The notes under the pieces were generated by a model. It made no database searches. It saw only the letters and a list, made by a program, of their open reading frames with translations, and was not told where the DNA came from. A stretch of DNA of 64,000 nucleotides from assembly GCA_010909165.1 (NCBI GenBank), contig MU008173.1:124001-188000 (forward strand). The letters run 5' to 3'. Within the stretch, counting starts at the first letter, position 1; each line of letters opens with the position of its first letter. This DNA comes from Anthoceros angustus. Taxonomy: Eukaryota > Plantae > Anthocerotophyta. Below are positions 38,184-49,755 of the stretch, in pieces. Both the position numbers and the translations under genes were made by a program.

Positions 38184-39471
38184 TGATCAAACAGCTCAGG
38201 AGATGCAAGCAAAGCAGTCTGTCACAGCCCACGAGCGTGCCAGGGACACATCTGGAGACCGACAAATGACACCTGCAAGAGCAACACAACCCTCTACCAC
38301 GAGAAGTGAAAGGTTGCGGCATACCTCGGAGGATCAGCAAGGCTAAGCTTCCAGAGAAGCTCATCCTCGACAACTGATCAGCAATCCGAGAAGCAAGGAT
38401 CCTTGCTTCCCAGGGTACCTAAACACGAATCTGGTGCCAAAGCCACACCAAGCCCGCCAGGCAGTTCGGCTGGCACAAGGCCAGATGAGATGAGATCTGG
38501 ATGCCAAAGCAGATTACCTTCTTTGCAGTTCAGGATCAGAGGCCATATCCTGCCTTACCACCGAGGGAGTTACTGCACAGTGCAGCACCACACATGGCCA
38601 CAGGTGAAGGCCCAGTTTTGTCTGCAGTACAGAAGAACATTCTAGCCTCTCTGGAAAAGCGGGACTTGAAGTTGCCGTTCAGGTTGAATGCCAATTTCAA
38701 TCACCCTTTGCTCTAACTCTGGAGTTACAACATTATCCTCATACCTGGTAGCGTTGTCACCTGTTGCTGAGACAGAAATAGGACCTCCTGAAGCGCTACC
38801 AAAAGAGCAACATCTGGATCAACAGATTGGACTTCTTCAACTACTGCATAAGCAGCTCCCATTTAAACAAATTTATTAGCAACTTGCACTTCATTACCAC
38901 AACTCCGCTGAGCTGCTGTGACCACATCAATTCCTGTGCTGGAAAGTTTTTTTCACTGCAAATACTTGAATCAGTCCAACTCCAGCTCCAATACCATTCT
39001 CTTGGGTGCAGGTGCAGCTTCTTTCACTACTGTAGCTGAAGCAACCTCACAAGATACAGGACCCCTGTCTGCCGCCTGAGTCATAGAACACAGAAGATCG
39101 CCAAAACTTCCAGCCAAAGACGAACACAAGTGGAGAGATAGCGCCACAGTCGCCCCACACTTTTAGCATTTCCTCCCATTGTTTAGTGGCGTTGGCGTAT
39201 GTGCAACTGACCGTCTGACGTTGGCATAAGGAAGCACAGGTCATGAAAATGAAGCGTGGAATGAGTCGTTTCCTAACATTAGCAGAAGGCACAAACAAGT
39301 GACCTAGCGGAGTCCTGGGGAAGCAAGATGCAGATCGGAGTGGGATTGGTGAAGGTGTCGCGGTGCGTAGCACGCTCCTTGCTCGTTGAGATCGAGGGAA
39401 AGCAGAACCGAGATGGCAGGGATTTGAGTCACAAGTTCTGCTGATTCGTCTTGGGAGCTTGCCAAGCTGCG

Positions 39472-41336
39472 ATGGCGAAGGGGAGCGAGGTGAGAGTGGT
39501 GGTGGGGATCGATTTCGGCACAACATACTCTGGCTTCGCATTTGCGCACAAGGACGAGCCTGACAAGATCTGCGCATTCTACGAGTGGCCGGGGCAGGAG
39601 GGCAAATCATATTGCAAGACGCAGACCGGGCTGTTCTACGTGAAGAAGGGCACGGCTTGAGCAGCAAGCCAGTGTACGAGGTGACACACTGGGATGGCCG
39701 GCGCAGGCCCGACAGCTCAAAGAGGTCCCGGCCGCTGGATCGGAAGCTGGGGTTCACCTCACCAGGTTCAAGCTGCATCTGGCGCCGCAGAAGGCTCGGG
39801 ATGCCGCTCTTTCCAGGATGCTGTCAGGGCTGGAAATGGGATGGACAGGAGGTAAGGAAGCACGGCATGGCCCAGGCAGAAGAGGCGGACACGAAGACGG
39901 ATGGGAAAGATGTCGGCGTCAAGCTTCCCGAGGGCTTGCCAGTGGTGAGAGCGACGGCCGACTTCATCAAGGAGATCTCCACCTTCGCTCTCGAGCATGT
40001 GAAGGAGACATGGGGCGGCCACATCACGGCCAGGGATGTGCAATGGTGCCTGACCGTCCCCGCCATCTGGGACGATTCCGCCAAGCAGATCATGCGCAAG
40101 TGCGCGGAGATGGCCGGGCTGGTGGCAGGCCCTAGCTGCCCGCCTCACCTGGTCCAGACCGCCAGCCCGCATCCCGTGCGGATCGTGTTGGAATCCGAGG
40201 CGGCATCAGCGTACTGCGCCAAGACCAGATCAAAGCAGCTGAACCTGAAGCGCGGAGACGAGTTCATGGTGGCGGACATCGGGGGAGGCACCACGGACAT
40301 CGTGGTCCACACCATGGCCAACGACGGCGAGACGGAGATGAAGTTGAAGGAAGCAGTGCAGAGCTCGGGTGATCTCTGCGGGGGTGCGCATGTGGACGCC
40401 AACTTCTTCCACATGCTGCGGGCCAGGATCGGCTGCTTCGACGAAGTGGTGAGCCAGAACCCTGCCGCCATGACCGCGCTGCAGAGGCGCTGGTCCGACA
40501 TGAAAACCTCCTTCGATGGCTCTGAGGACTGGGGTCCTCAGAGCCTGGACGTCCCAAAGGCCATGAAGAAGGCGTGGAAATCCTACAACAGGAAATTTGG
40601 CGGGAGCGAGGACGTGGACTTGAACTACGCCGAGATCGAGCTCACAGTGTCGGACATGAAGCAGATCTTCGACCCTGTGGTGGACAGGATCATAGAGCTC
40701 ATTCGGGAGGCCATCACACCGCGCTTGAAGCAGCTGCTGCTGGTAGGCGGTTTCTCTGCCTCTCCTTACCTGGTGGACAGAGTGAAGGCAGCACTCGCGG
40801 GCAGGCTGGGAGACAAGATCGTGATGCCGCCAGATCCCGGTAGCGCCGTGTGCCAAGGAGCTGTCCTCTTCGGTTTTTCCCCGACCTGGTCGTCTCCAGA
40901 GTGGCCCGGAAAACCTACGGCCTTGAGGTGATGTGCCTTCGATTCGAAGCTCGATCCTCCCAGCTACCAGACTTGGAATCATAACGGTTGGCGATGCAAG
41001 AACAGGTTCGGCGTCTTCGTGCGCAGGGGACAGCACGTCGGCGTGGATGAAAGCTTCTCGGTTTCCGCAAGCCCCGGTATGGCAGACCAGACCAGCATAC
41101 CATTGCGCATCTTCAGCACAGACGCCGTGGAGGTGCGCTACACCACCGATCTCGGCGTGGTTCTGGAAGGCGAGTTCGAAATGGACGTCTCACACGATCC
41201 TGGCAAGATCGGTGTGAACCGTTGCATCACAACGTCAATGTTTTTCGGCAGATCGTGCATCCGCGTTCACTGTAAACGAGACAACTTTGGTGACACTGAG
41301 GAGACGGTCGAAATGGCCTCCACCCTGGAATTGTGA
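39472..41336 (+). pseudogene. HSPA12-like copy 7, full length with frameshifts
   Basis: MAKGSEVRVVVGIDFGTTYSG...EMASTLEL*; the lesions inspected are -1 events in G/C runs. Confidence 0.85.
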
Positions 41337-42179
41337 CTCATCATCAGGCCTTGCCTTGCTTCCGGTTTCCATCATCGCATTCGACAAGCTTTAGATGACA
41401 CCAGCTTTAGATGACAAGCTCTGTCATGAAATCGGCACGACCCTCCTGTCATGTCACATCCAGAGCTTCTGATTCGAGTGCAACTGGACGATCCGATCGA
41501 AATTGAGAAATGCTTCCAAGCCCTAGATGAAGCGGGTGACCTGGGAAAGCCGGGTGAGTTTCCTTCCAGTTATGCACATATCAGAGTGAGAAGAAGAAAG
41601 AAGGAATTGTTTTTCTGGACGCTGTTTGTGTTTGTACACTGTTGATTCCTGCCCTGTACTCACATGGAGAGAGCAAGTGTACTGGCCGAGTGTGTCCTCC
41701 TGACAGTCTTCAGCCTCCAGGTGCAGCTTCTTTCACAACTGTAGCTGAAGCAACCTCACAAGATACAGGACCCTGTCTGCCGCCTGAGTCATAGAACATA
41801 GAAGATCGCCAAAACTTCCAGCCAAAGACGAACACAAGTGGAGAGATAGCGCCACAGTCGCCCCACACTTTTAGCATTTCCTCCCATTGTTTAGTGGCGT
41901 TGGCGTATGTGCAACTGACCGTCTGACGTTGGCATAAGGAAGCACAGGTCATGAAAATGAAGCGTGGAATGAGTCGTTTCCTAACATTAGCAGAAGGCAC
42001 AAACAAGTCACCTAGCGGAGTCCTGGGGAAGCAAGATGCAGATCGGAGTGGGATTGGTGAAGGTGTCGCGGTGCGTAGCACGCTCCTTGCTCGTTGAGAT
42101 CGAGGGAAAGAAGAACCGAGATGGCAGGGATTTGAGTCACCAGTTCTGCTGATTCGTCTTGGGAGCTTGCTAAGCTGCG

Positions 42180-44047
42180 ATGGCGAAGGGAGCGAGGTGA
42201 GAGTGGTGGTGGGGATCGATTTCGGCACAACATACTCTGGCTTCGCATTTGCGCACAAGGACGAGCCTGACAAGATCTGCGCATTCTACGAGTGGCCGGG
42301 GCAGGAGGGCAAATCATATTGCAAGACGCAGACCGGGCTGTTCTACGTGAAGAAGGGCACGGCTTGAGCAGCAAGCCAGTGTACGAGGTGACACACTGGG
42401 ATGGCCGGCGCAGGCCCGACAGCTCAAAGAGGTCCCGGCCGCTGGATCGGAAGCTGGGGTTCACCTCACCAGGTTCAAGCTGCATCTGGCGCCGCAGAAG
42501 GCTCGGGATGCCGCTCTTTCCAGGATGCTGTCAGGGCTGGAAATGGGATGGACAGGAGGTAAGGGCACGGCATGGCCCAGGCAGAAGAGGCGGACACGAA
42601 GACGGATGGGCAAGATGTCGGCGTCAAGCTTCCTGAGGGCTTGCCAGTGGTGAGAGCGACGGCCGACTTCATCAAGGAGATCTCCACCTTCGCTCTCGAG
42701 CATTTGAAGGAGACATGGGGCGGCCACATCACGGCCAGGGATGTGCGATGGTGCCTGACCGTCCCCGCCATCTGGGACGATTCCGCTGGCAGATCATGCG
42801 CAAGTGCGCGGAGATGGCCGGGCTGGTGGCAGGCCCTAGCTGCCCGCCTCACCTGGTCCAGACCGCCAGCCCGCATCCCGTGCGGATCGTGTTGAGTCGG
42901 AGGCGGCATCAGCGTACTGCGCCAAGACCAGATCAAAGCAGCTGAACCTGAAGCGTGGAGACGAGTTCATGGTGGCGGACATCGGGGAGGAACCACGGAC
43001 ATTGTGGTCCACATCATGGCCAACAATGGCGAGAAGGAGCTGAAGCTGAAGGAAGCGGTGCAGAGCTCGGGTGATCTCTGCGGGGGCGCGCATGTGGACG
43101 CCAACTTCTTCCACTTGCTGCGGGCCAGGATCGGCTGCTTCGACGAAGTGGTGAGCCAGAACCCTGCTGCCATGACCTCGCTGCACAGGCGCTGGTCCGA
43201 CATGAAAACCTCCTTCGATGGCTCTGAGGACTGGGGTACTCAGAGCCTGGACGTCCCAAAGGCCATGAAGAAGGCGTGGAAATCCTACAACAGGAAATTT
43301 GGCGGAAGCGAGGACGTGGACCTGAACTACGCTGAGATCGAGCTCACAGTGTCGGATATGAAGCAAATCTTCGACCCCGTGGTGGACAGGATCATAGAGC
43401 TCATTCGGGAGGCCATAACCCCGCGCCTGAAGCAGCTGCTGCTGGTAGGCGGTTTCTCCGCCTCTCCTTACCTGCGGGACAGAGTGAAGGCAGCATTGGC
43501 AGGCAGGCTAGGAGACAAAGCGATCGTGATGCCGCCAGATCCCGGTAGCGCCGTGTGCCAAGGAGCTGTCCTCTTCGGTTTTTCCCCCGACCTGGTCACC
43601 TCCAGAGTGTCCCGCAAAACCTACGGCCTGGAGGTGATGCGTGCCTTCGATGACGAACTGGATCCTTCCAGCCATCGGGCATGGGGTGATTCCTTGGGTT
43701 GGCGATGCATGCACAGGTTCAGCATCTTCGTGCGCAAGGGACAGCACGTCGGCGTGGATGAAAGCTTCTCGGTTTCCGGAAGCCCCAGTTTGGCAGACCA
43801 GACCAGCATACCATTGCGCATCTTCAGCACAGACGCCGTGGAGGTGCGCTACACCACCGATCCCGGTGTGGTTCTGGAAGGCGAGTTCGAAATGGACGTC
43901 TCACACGATCCTGGCAAGCTCGGTGTGAAGCGTCGCATCACAACGTCAATGTTTTTCGGCAGATCGTGCATCCGCGTTCACTCTAAACGAGACAACTTTG
44001 GTGACACTGAGGAGACGGTCGAAATGGCCTCCACCCTGGAATTGTGA
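42180..44047 (+). pseudogene. HSPA12-like copy 8, full length with frameshifts
   Basis: Duplicate of copy 7; ORF 43004-44047 is uninterrupted. Confidence 0.85.
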
Positions 44048-44477
44048 CTCATCATCAGGCCTTGCCTTTCTTCCCGCGCTCATCCGCTATCATTTCACGA
44101 ACGCCACCACCGGTTTCCATTTTAGATGTCCAGCTCTGTCATGAAATCGTCACGACCCTCCTGTCATGTCACATCCAAAGCTTCTGATTCGAGTGCAACT
44201 GGACGATCCGATGGAAATTGAGAAATGCTTCCAAGCCCTAGATGAAGCGGGTGACCTGGGAAAGCCGGGTGAGTTTCCTTCCAGTTATGCACATATCAGA
44301 GTGAGAAGAAGAAAGAAGAAATTCTTTTTTCTGGACACTGTTTGTGTTTGTACACTGTTGATTCCTGCCCTGTACTCACATGGAGAGAGCAAGTGTACTG
44401 GCCGAGTGTGTCCTCCCGACAGTCTTCAGTCTCTGAGAAAACGTCAGACAGTCCAGGTTGGTGTGCTGGGGGCAGCG

Positions 44478-46367
44478 ATGGAGCCGACGGTGGTTGTCGG
44501 GGTCGATTTTGGCACCACGTTCTCGGGCTTCGCTTACGCGCACAGGCAGAACGCTGAGAAGAAGTACTCCTTCTACGAATGGCCGGGCCAGGACGGGAAG
44601 CCTTACTGTAAGACCCAGACCAGTCTGTACTACGAGAAGCATGAGGCCTCCGACGCACCGGGGAGCCTGCCGCGGTTCGAGCTCACGCATTGGGGATGGC
44701 CGGCTCAGGCTCAGCACCTCAAGAGCGCGCAGTCGGATGGAGGTCCCAAGGGCGTCTACATCAGCCGCTTCAAGCTCCTTCTGGCGCGTGGCACGCTGGA
44801 TGATGCTGCCTCAGAGCCCCAGGCTGCTGCTGCTGACGAAGTTGCTCAGTCGTTTGCCCAGCTCGAACTCGTCGCCAGCAGGAGCGAGGCAGGAGGATCG
44901 GAAGTGGAGGAAGGCAAGCAGCAAGCGATCGTGAAATCGCTCTTTCATCCTCCGGACGAAGGACTGAGTGTCATGAGAACCACTACCGATTTTCTGAGCC
45001 GATTGTCCGGCTTCGTGGTGGATCATCTGCAGAAGAGGCTCGGCTCGCGCCTGAGCTCGCGAGACGTGCAATGGTGCCTCACGGTGCCCGCCATCTGGGA
45101 GGACTCGGCCAAGCAGGCGATGCGGAGGTGCGCTCAGATGGCGGGAATGGTGATAGGCCCGCATTGCCCCGCGCATCTGGCCAGGATGGCGAGCCCGCAT
45201 GCGCTGCAGATCGTGCTGGAGTCCGAGGCAGCTTCTCTTTACTGCGCGAGCAACTCTGCTCAGTGGAATCTGCAAGAAGGAGACCAGTTCTTGGTGGCAG
45301 ACATCGGGGGAGGGACCACGGACATCGTGGTGCACACCATAGCCAGCGGCCCCGGGGACTCCCAGCTCAAGCTCAAGGAGACGACGGAGAGCTCCGGTGA
45401 CCTCTGCGGTGGCACCAATGTGGACATTAACTTCCTCAGCGCCCTTTGGGGACAGATCGGGTGCCTACACGAGATGGTGCGCACATCTCCGGCCACCATC
45501 GCCAAGCTGCTGAGAAGATGGTCGGACATCAAGGCCACTTACGACGGATCTGCCATGACCTGGGGCCCGGAGTACCTGGAAATCCCCAAGATTCTGGCTC
45601 AAGCATGGCGTTCTCACGACCAGCAGCACGGCAAGACGGCGGACGACTACGACGACATCCAGATCACAAGTGCCGACATGATGCAGATCTTCGACCCCGT
45701 GGTGGACAGAATCATCCAGCTGATCCAAGCTCGTGTGAGTCAGACTCCAGAGATCAAGCTTCTGCTCCTGGTCGGCGGCTTCTCCGCATCGCCTTACCTC
45801 AGGCAGAGAGTGAAGGCCGCATTCCAGACGCAACTAGGGGGCGCAATCGTGATCCCACCCGACCCCGGTAGCGCTGTCTGCCAGGGCGCTGTCCTGTTCG
45901 GCCTTTCCCCTGCCGCTGTCACCTCTAGGGTTTCCCGCAAAACCTACGGGATCGAGCAGGTGCAGCCGTTCGACCCGGCGATCGATCCCGACGGCTACCG
46001 GAGAGTAACGGACCGTGGAGAGTGGTGCGCTCATCGCTTCAGCGCCTATGTCCGGAAGGGCCAACAGGTTGCCGTGGATGATCGAGTGAAGCGCGTCAGC
46101 CAGCCCGTCCACCATGGCCAGCAGGAGATGAAGTTTCGCATTTTCAGCTCGGATTCCGCGGAGGTGCGCCACATCACTGAGCCCGGGGTGAAATTGGAGA
46201 GCGAATTCGCGCTGGACATCTCGGACGATCCCGGCAACCTGGATCTGGATCGGGAGGTGGAGGTGTCCATGTTCTTCGGGTTGTCTTGCATCCGCGTGGT
46301 TGCTCGTCGCCTCAATTTCGGACACACAAATGAAGTGACGGAAATGCAAAGCACTGTAGACTTCTAG
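44478..46367 (+). CDS. HSPA12-like atypical Hsp70, copy 9, intact (~629 aa)
   Basis: MEPTVVVGVDFGTTFSG, RFKLLL, WCLTVPAIW, LESEAAS, DIGGGTTDI, LVGGFSASPYL, SRKTYG. An upstream exon at ~44166-44268 (GTGAGT donor) is possible. Confidence 0.92.
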   Translation: MEPTVVVGVDFGTTFSGFAYAHRQNAEKKYSFYEWPGQDGKPYCKTQTSLYYEKHEASDAPGSLPRFELTHWGWPAQAQHLKSAQSDGGPKGVYISRFKLLLARGTLDDAASEPQAAAADEVAQSFAQLELVASRSEAGGSEVEEGKQQAIVKSLFHPPDEGLSVMRTTTDFLSRLSGFVVDHLQKRLGSRLSSRDVQWCLTVPAIWEDSAKQAMRRCAQMAGMVIGPHCPAHLARMASPHALQIVLESEAASLYCASNSAQWNLQEGDQFLVADIGGGTTDIVVHTIASGPGDSQLKLKETTESSGDLCGGTNVDINFLSALWGQIGCLHEMVRTSPATIAKLLRRWSDIKATYDGSAMTWGPEYLEIPKILAQAWRSHDQQHGKTADDYDDIQITSADMMQIFDPVVDRIIQLIQARVSQTPEIKLLLLVGGFSASPYLRQRVKAAFQTQLGGAIVIPPDPGSAVCQGAVLFGLSPAAVTSRVSRKTYGIEQVQPFDPAIDPDGYRRVTDRGEWCAHRFSAYVRKGQQVAVDDRVKRVSQPVHHGQQEMKFRIFSSDSAEVRHITEPGVKLESEFALDISDDPGNLDLDREVEVSMFFGLSCIRVVARRLNFGHTNEVTEMQSTVDF

Positions 46368-46887
46368 AACTGTAACTTTTCAAAGACTTTGCAGTTGCAT
46401 CAAAATGCTCCGCAAAAGGGTTTGATTCAGAAGAAGCCCCGTAGGGCTGAAGCAGCCGCGCACAGTGTGAGAGACGGGGGCGGGATTTCATTCAGGCCGC
46501 CCCGTAAATGGCCGGGTGACACCACGTCTTCGTACAGATTCGTCCATCGCACGCTTGACTGTGAAGTTCGAGTCCTGAGGAGTGAGGACCCTTCAAGGAG
46601 AAGGGAGGAGTAGCAACTGGCAAGGATGAAAATAGATAACCATCTCTGGTTGGGTGCCGCTTTATCGCTACATGCGGGCCCCTTTTGCTCCGGATCTGAA
46701 CAGAGACGGCGTCGCACTGTGATCAAGTGGTCGCTGCAGTCACTGCATTCTGCGGCTTTGACCTGACTTTGCTCCGATGCGGTTCAGCGAGTTCTTCGCA
46801 TCTGTGGAAGGTTGGCCACTTCGGGTGGCCAGGTCAGCGTAAGCCACGGTTTGTTGTTCCCGATTCTGAGGAATCATCAGGAGGAGG

Positions 46888-49755
46888 ATGGACATATTCA
46901 CGGTCATTTCCATCGCCGAAGTACTGGTGGGGATTGTATCCAAGGTGAAGGAATGCTACGAGAAGAGGAAGGAAAATCGCGAGGAGGCAAAGCAGATGAG
47001 CTCCTTCCTGGACAACTTGCTGACCAGTGTCCGCATGCTTGAAGATGAGAAATTTTCGCGCATCGACAACCCGGCAGCAGCTTCTGCTATTGGTACATCT
47101 AGGGCTTGCTTCAAATCCCAGCCCCCAACCCTAGATGTGTTGCAGGCTGGGATGTGGACGGATTTGTGAATGCAGGCCTGGGGTATTTTGTTGCTCATAT
47201 GATCCTGAAGCTTCTTGAACTGCTTGATTGCTCCTTGCAGCGGCATTGGGCCGTGACCTCCAAGAAGCTCAGGAGGGAGCTGCCAATCTCCTTTCACAAC
47301 TTAGCCGCCGGAAGTCGATGTGGAAGCCAAAACGCATACAGTTTGCTCTGCAGTCGCTGCAGCAACGCGTTAGAGATTCATTCCAGACGAATTTACTCAT
47401 GGCGTCACTTCATGTATGACTTTCTCTGCTCGCTTCTTTCTGCGCGCACCCTGAGCCAGAAGAGGTCAATTATTCTGTTACAGTACGCTCTAGGAATGTT
47501 GTGCCAGCTGGTGATAATTTCTGCTTGGAGTTTGCAGATGAGCGTGACCAGCGACCGGAAACTGCAAGCAGTTCTCGACGAAAAGAGTGAAAGGGAGAAG
47601 ACCGCTCTGATAGACAAAGTGGAGAAACTGGAGATGGAGAATCACATGTACCAGGAGCTGTTGCATTGGCTGCGGAGAGATCAGCCCGCTTGGCGATCAG
47701 CTGAAGTAAGATTTCGTGCTCAAGGCTGCACCTAGGATTCTCGTGAGTTTATGCACAAGTTCCAGATGTTGCACTGTCTTGTAACCTCATATACTAGTAC
47801 TGACTTTCTTTTGCTCTCTGTTGTCATCATGAACCTAGCCTGAGCCAGAGCACACCACTCCGAGGCACCCTGCTGATCATGATGTTGCAAGGCTAGATGA
47901 AGTCTCTTGTACGTTTAAAACGAATTCCTGCATCATGTTTCTCCTCAAACTTGTGTGCTGATCAAAAGGAGTGAATTCATTCATTGTGATGACACATTAT
48001 CCTTCTGTCGGAAGTGGCAGCGGGCAGGTCCAACCGAGCAAGAAGAACAACCAGTGACCCGATGCTAGCTTCCTTAGGAGAGATTCTTGGGGACTGGCAC
48101 ATGGGAGGGAACATTGCAGGATTTGGCAGCCTGGAGGAGCAATCCGAAGAGGCAGACCTGGATGATATAGAAGAGTACTCGGATGAGGAAGAGCAGCCGA
48201 GGCGTCTGAAAATGTCCAGTCTCAAGATCGTGCGGCTTTCCAACGCCTCCCTGACAGCGGAGTACCCCGAACAGGCCTGCTTCACACCCGGTGCCCTGGC
48301 TGTCCAAGCCAACCGGGCTTGTACCGAGCGTATCCCTTTCTATTACTTCGAGGTGGAGGTGATCAGGCAGGGCAGTGACATCGCCATGGGCTTCACACGA
48401 GTTTCCAGCTTCAAGAACAACAGGCTGCCAGGGTTGTATCCAGATTCCTACGGCTACCATGGCGATGGCGGGATTTTCATGGCATCAGGTCACTCGAGAG
48501 TTCTGGGCTTCGTGTCTGGGGACAGAGTTGGTGCAGGGATCCATTTCGGCATGCACCAAGTCTTCTTCACCAAGAACGGGGAGCTTGTGGCATCCAATCC
48601 CGTGGACACTGAGGGGGAGGGCCTCGTCCCCACAATCGGCCTTCGAAGACCGGGTGCCAAAGTGACTGTCAACCTGGGCCGCTCCAGATTCAAGCGAGAA
48701 CCCCTCCCCACACGCCTGGATCCCCGTGGGCTTGAGGGGAGCGCAGTCTCCATCTTGCCAGACTACTTGACTGTCAGGTACTGGCTCCATCTTCCTCTTT
48801 CGACAAGACGACTACTGTCCCACAAATTCTCACCTTCTCCATGTTTCTGTGAAGGCACGAAGGACTCAACTCCAACGGCATGGTCTCCGTGCAGGCAGAC
48901 AAACCTGCAGCATATCGGAGGCACTTCTTCTACTTCGAGATCCTGGTGGAGGACACTGGGACGAAAGGCCGAATTGTGGTCGGCTTCACGGGCTCCAGAA
49001 ACGGGGCGTCTGAGAAAATCTGGGAGACCAACGCTTGTGGATACCACGGCATCAGCGGCAAGATTTTCTCCAACAAAGAGGAGCTTCCGGGCGCCCGAGA
49101 GACCTTCACCGCAGACGACCATGTTGGGGCCGGAATACACTACCGCACCAACCAGCTCTTCTTCGTGAAGAACGGGCAACTGGTGCGAACGCTGCCCAAC
49201 CCGCTCTCAGGGCCCGTGTTCCCCACAATCGGGCTGCAGTCCAGCCAGGAGAGGGTGAAGGTCATCTTCGACCAGGCTGCATTCAGCGCAGAGAAGATTC
49301 CCCGGCGGCTGGACTTCCCGGCGCGCTTCGGCGGCACTCCTGTGGCGGTTCTGGCCAACAGACCCGCGCCATTCCGCGGGTCCGGCTACTACTTCGAGCT
49401 GTGCGTAACGGATTCCGTTTGCGCCATCGGGTTCGCAGATCGGGAGCGCTTCCGGGAAAACGAGCTGCCCGGGACGTACCAGCACTCTTGCGGCTACGAT
49501 GGCGCCACCGGGATGCTCTTCACCGGCTCCAAGCCAGGGCTGAAATTCGGTCCCACTGCAAAGCCAGGCGAAGTCCTGGGCGCTGGCTTGCTCTATGACT
49601 CCTACGAGCTCTACTTCACCAAGAACAGGAAGGTGTTCGGCTGGCATGCCTGTAATCTGCGATCCTCTTGCGCCCTTTACCCCACAGTCGGCATGCTCAC
49701 CGGTCGTCATGTCGAGGTCAACTTTCTTGCTCGCCTTCCCTTTCCGTCAACTTGA
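46888..49755 (+). CDS. Spliced gene: N-terminal four-helix bundle (MLKL-NTD/RPW8/Cbl-N-like) + coiled coil + acidic linker + 3 tandem SPRY domains
   Basis: Phase-consistent exons 46888-47092, 47241-47413, 47538-47705, ~48030-48777 and 48855-49755; the junction between 47705 and ~48030 is uncertain. Three YYFE(V/I/L)...G(Y)HG/GYDG...GAG...FFTKNG-type SPRY repeats. Confidence 0.8.

Larger units (their letters stand above)
39010..44430. repeat. ~2.7-kb tandem duplication (about 39010-41716 and 41717-44430), one HSPA12-like gene per unit
   Basis: Near-identical flanks and genes; both units start gtgcagcttctttcac and end gacagtcttcag. Confidence 0.9.

Noticed and set aside
39640-39700. Programmed ribosomal frameshifting in copies 7 and 8
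   Set aside because: Several independent -1 events in homopolymers; decay or sequencing error is simpler.
44166-44477. 104-aa N-terminal extension of copy 9 from the ORF track
   Set aside because: Contains a strong GT donor and intron-like sequence, and the same block at 41451 is closed; the start at 44478 is preferred, though a short upstream exon is not excluded.
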